This document shows, one piece after another, positions 63,750 to 64,000 of a stretch of 64,000 nt of DNA. The notes beneath the pieces are model-generated. The model was not told where the DNA came from. It searched no databases and saw only the letters and a program-made list of their open reading frames with translations. Source of the stretch: Podarcis filfolensis. Lineage: Eukaryota. The position numbers and the translations under genes were made by a program. The stretch lies in the NCBI GenBank assembly GCA_964270895.1, contig OZ185440.1, one strand, 5' to 3'. Positions within the stretch are counted from its first letter, which is position 1. Every line of letters starts with the position of its first letter.

Positions 63750-64000
63750 GATAGTCCCTGGCGAGCAAGCTCGTGTGTCCTTACATGTATCACTTGAGGG
63801 AGCACCACACGTGTCGCACGCTTGCCTGTAGTCACGCGCGCTTGCGTGTGTCAGCAGAACCCGGCGTTGCGCGCGCGGGGAGCGGGGGGGGGCGAGAAGA
63901 AGCAGGTGCGGGAGGCGGGTTTAAGGCGTTCTACTGCCACCTGCGCGCGGGAGGAACATTCCGCCGAGGCGGGAGCCCGCGCGCAGTGCGCCTGGACATA
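63750..64000. promoter_or_regulatory. Start of a CpG island at the window edge (probable promoter of the next gene; PACSIN1 by human synteny)
   Basis: Sharp rise in CpG/GC with GCGCGC runs, E-box CACGTG at 63808-63813, GC boxes. Gene identity is inference; no coding exon is visible. Confidence 0.65.

Noticed and set aside
63347-63835. Overlapping ORFs before the terminal CpG island as possible PACSIN1 exons
   Set aside because: No F-BAR-like peptide; partly within a CR1-derived repeat.
52300-64000. REST/RE1 site expected near a neuronal gene
   Set aside because: No good match to TTCAGCACCnnGGACAG found by eye on either strand.

Overview
Vertebrate genomic DNA, not prokaryotic. The repeat content (Sauria SINE, tRNA-derived SINE, CR1 and L2 LINEs, many hAT and Tc1/mariner MITEs) points to a squamate reptile, probably a lizard (inference). 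Two complete spliced genes lie head-to-tail on the minus strand. RPS10 has a non-coding exon 1 with a 5'TOP at ~39546 and five coding exons (38409 to 33846; 165 aa). NUDT3/DIPP1 has five coding exons (24308 to 4005; 170 aa, intact Nudix box). I checked all exon boundaries by hand as GT-AG with consistent phases. A third CpG-island promoter begins at the right edge (~63.75-64 kb); by human synteny it is probably PACSIN1 (inference only). The rest is intronic or intergenic DNA rich in transposon relics. Almost all ORFs in the supplied track are spurious or TE-derived. I found no clearly new biological system. The best leads are: (i) phase-compatible RPS10 exon5 to NUDT3 exon2 chimeric splicing, mirroring the human RPS10-NUDT3 readthrough, with inverted L2 pairs bracketing the exon that must be skipped; (ii) a strong-Kozak uORF in frame with NUDT3 and separated from it by a single TAG; (iii) MITE-borne perfect hairpins in an RPS10 intron and MITE-borne ZNF143/THAP11- and CTCF-like motifs.
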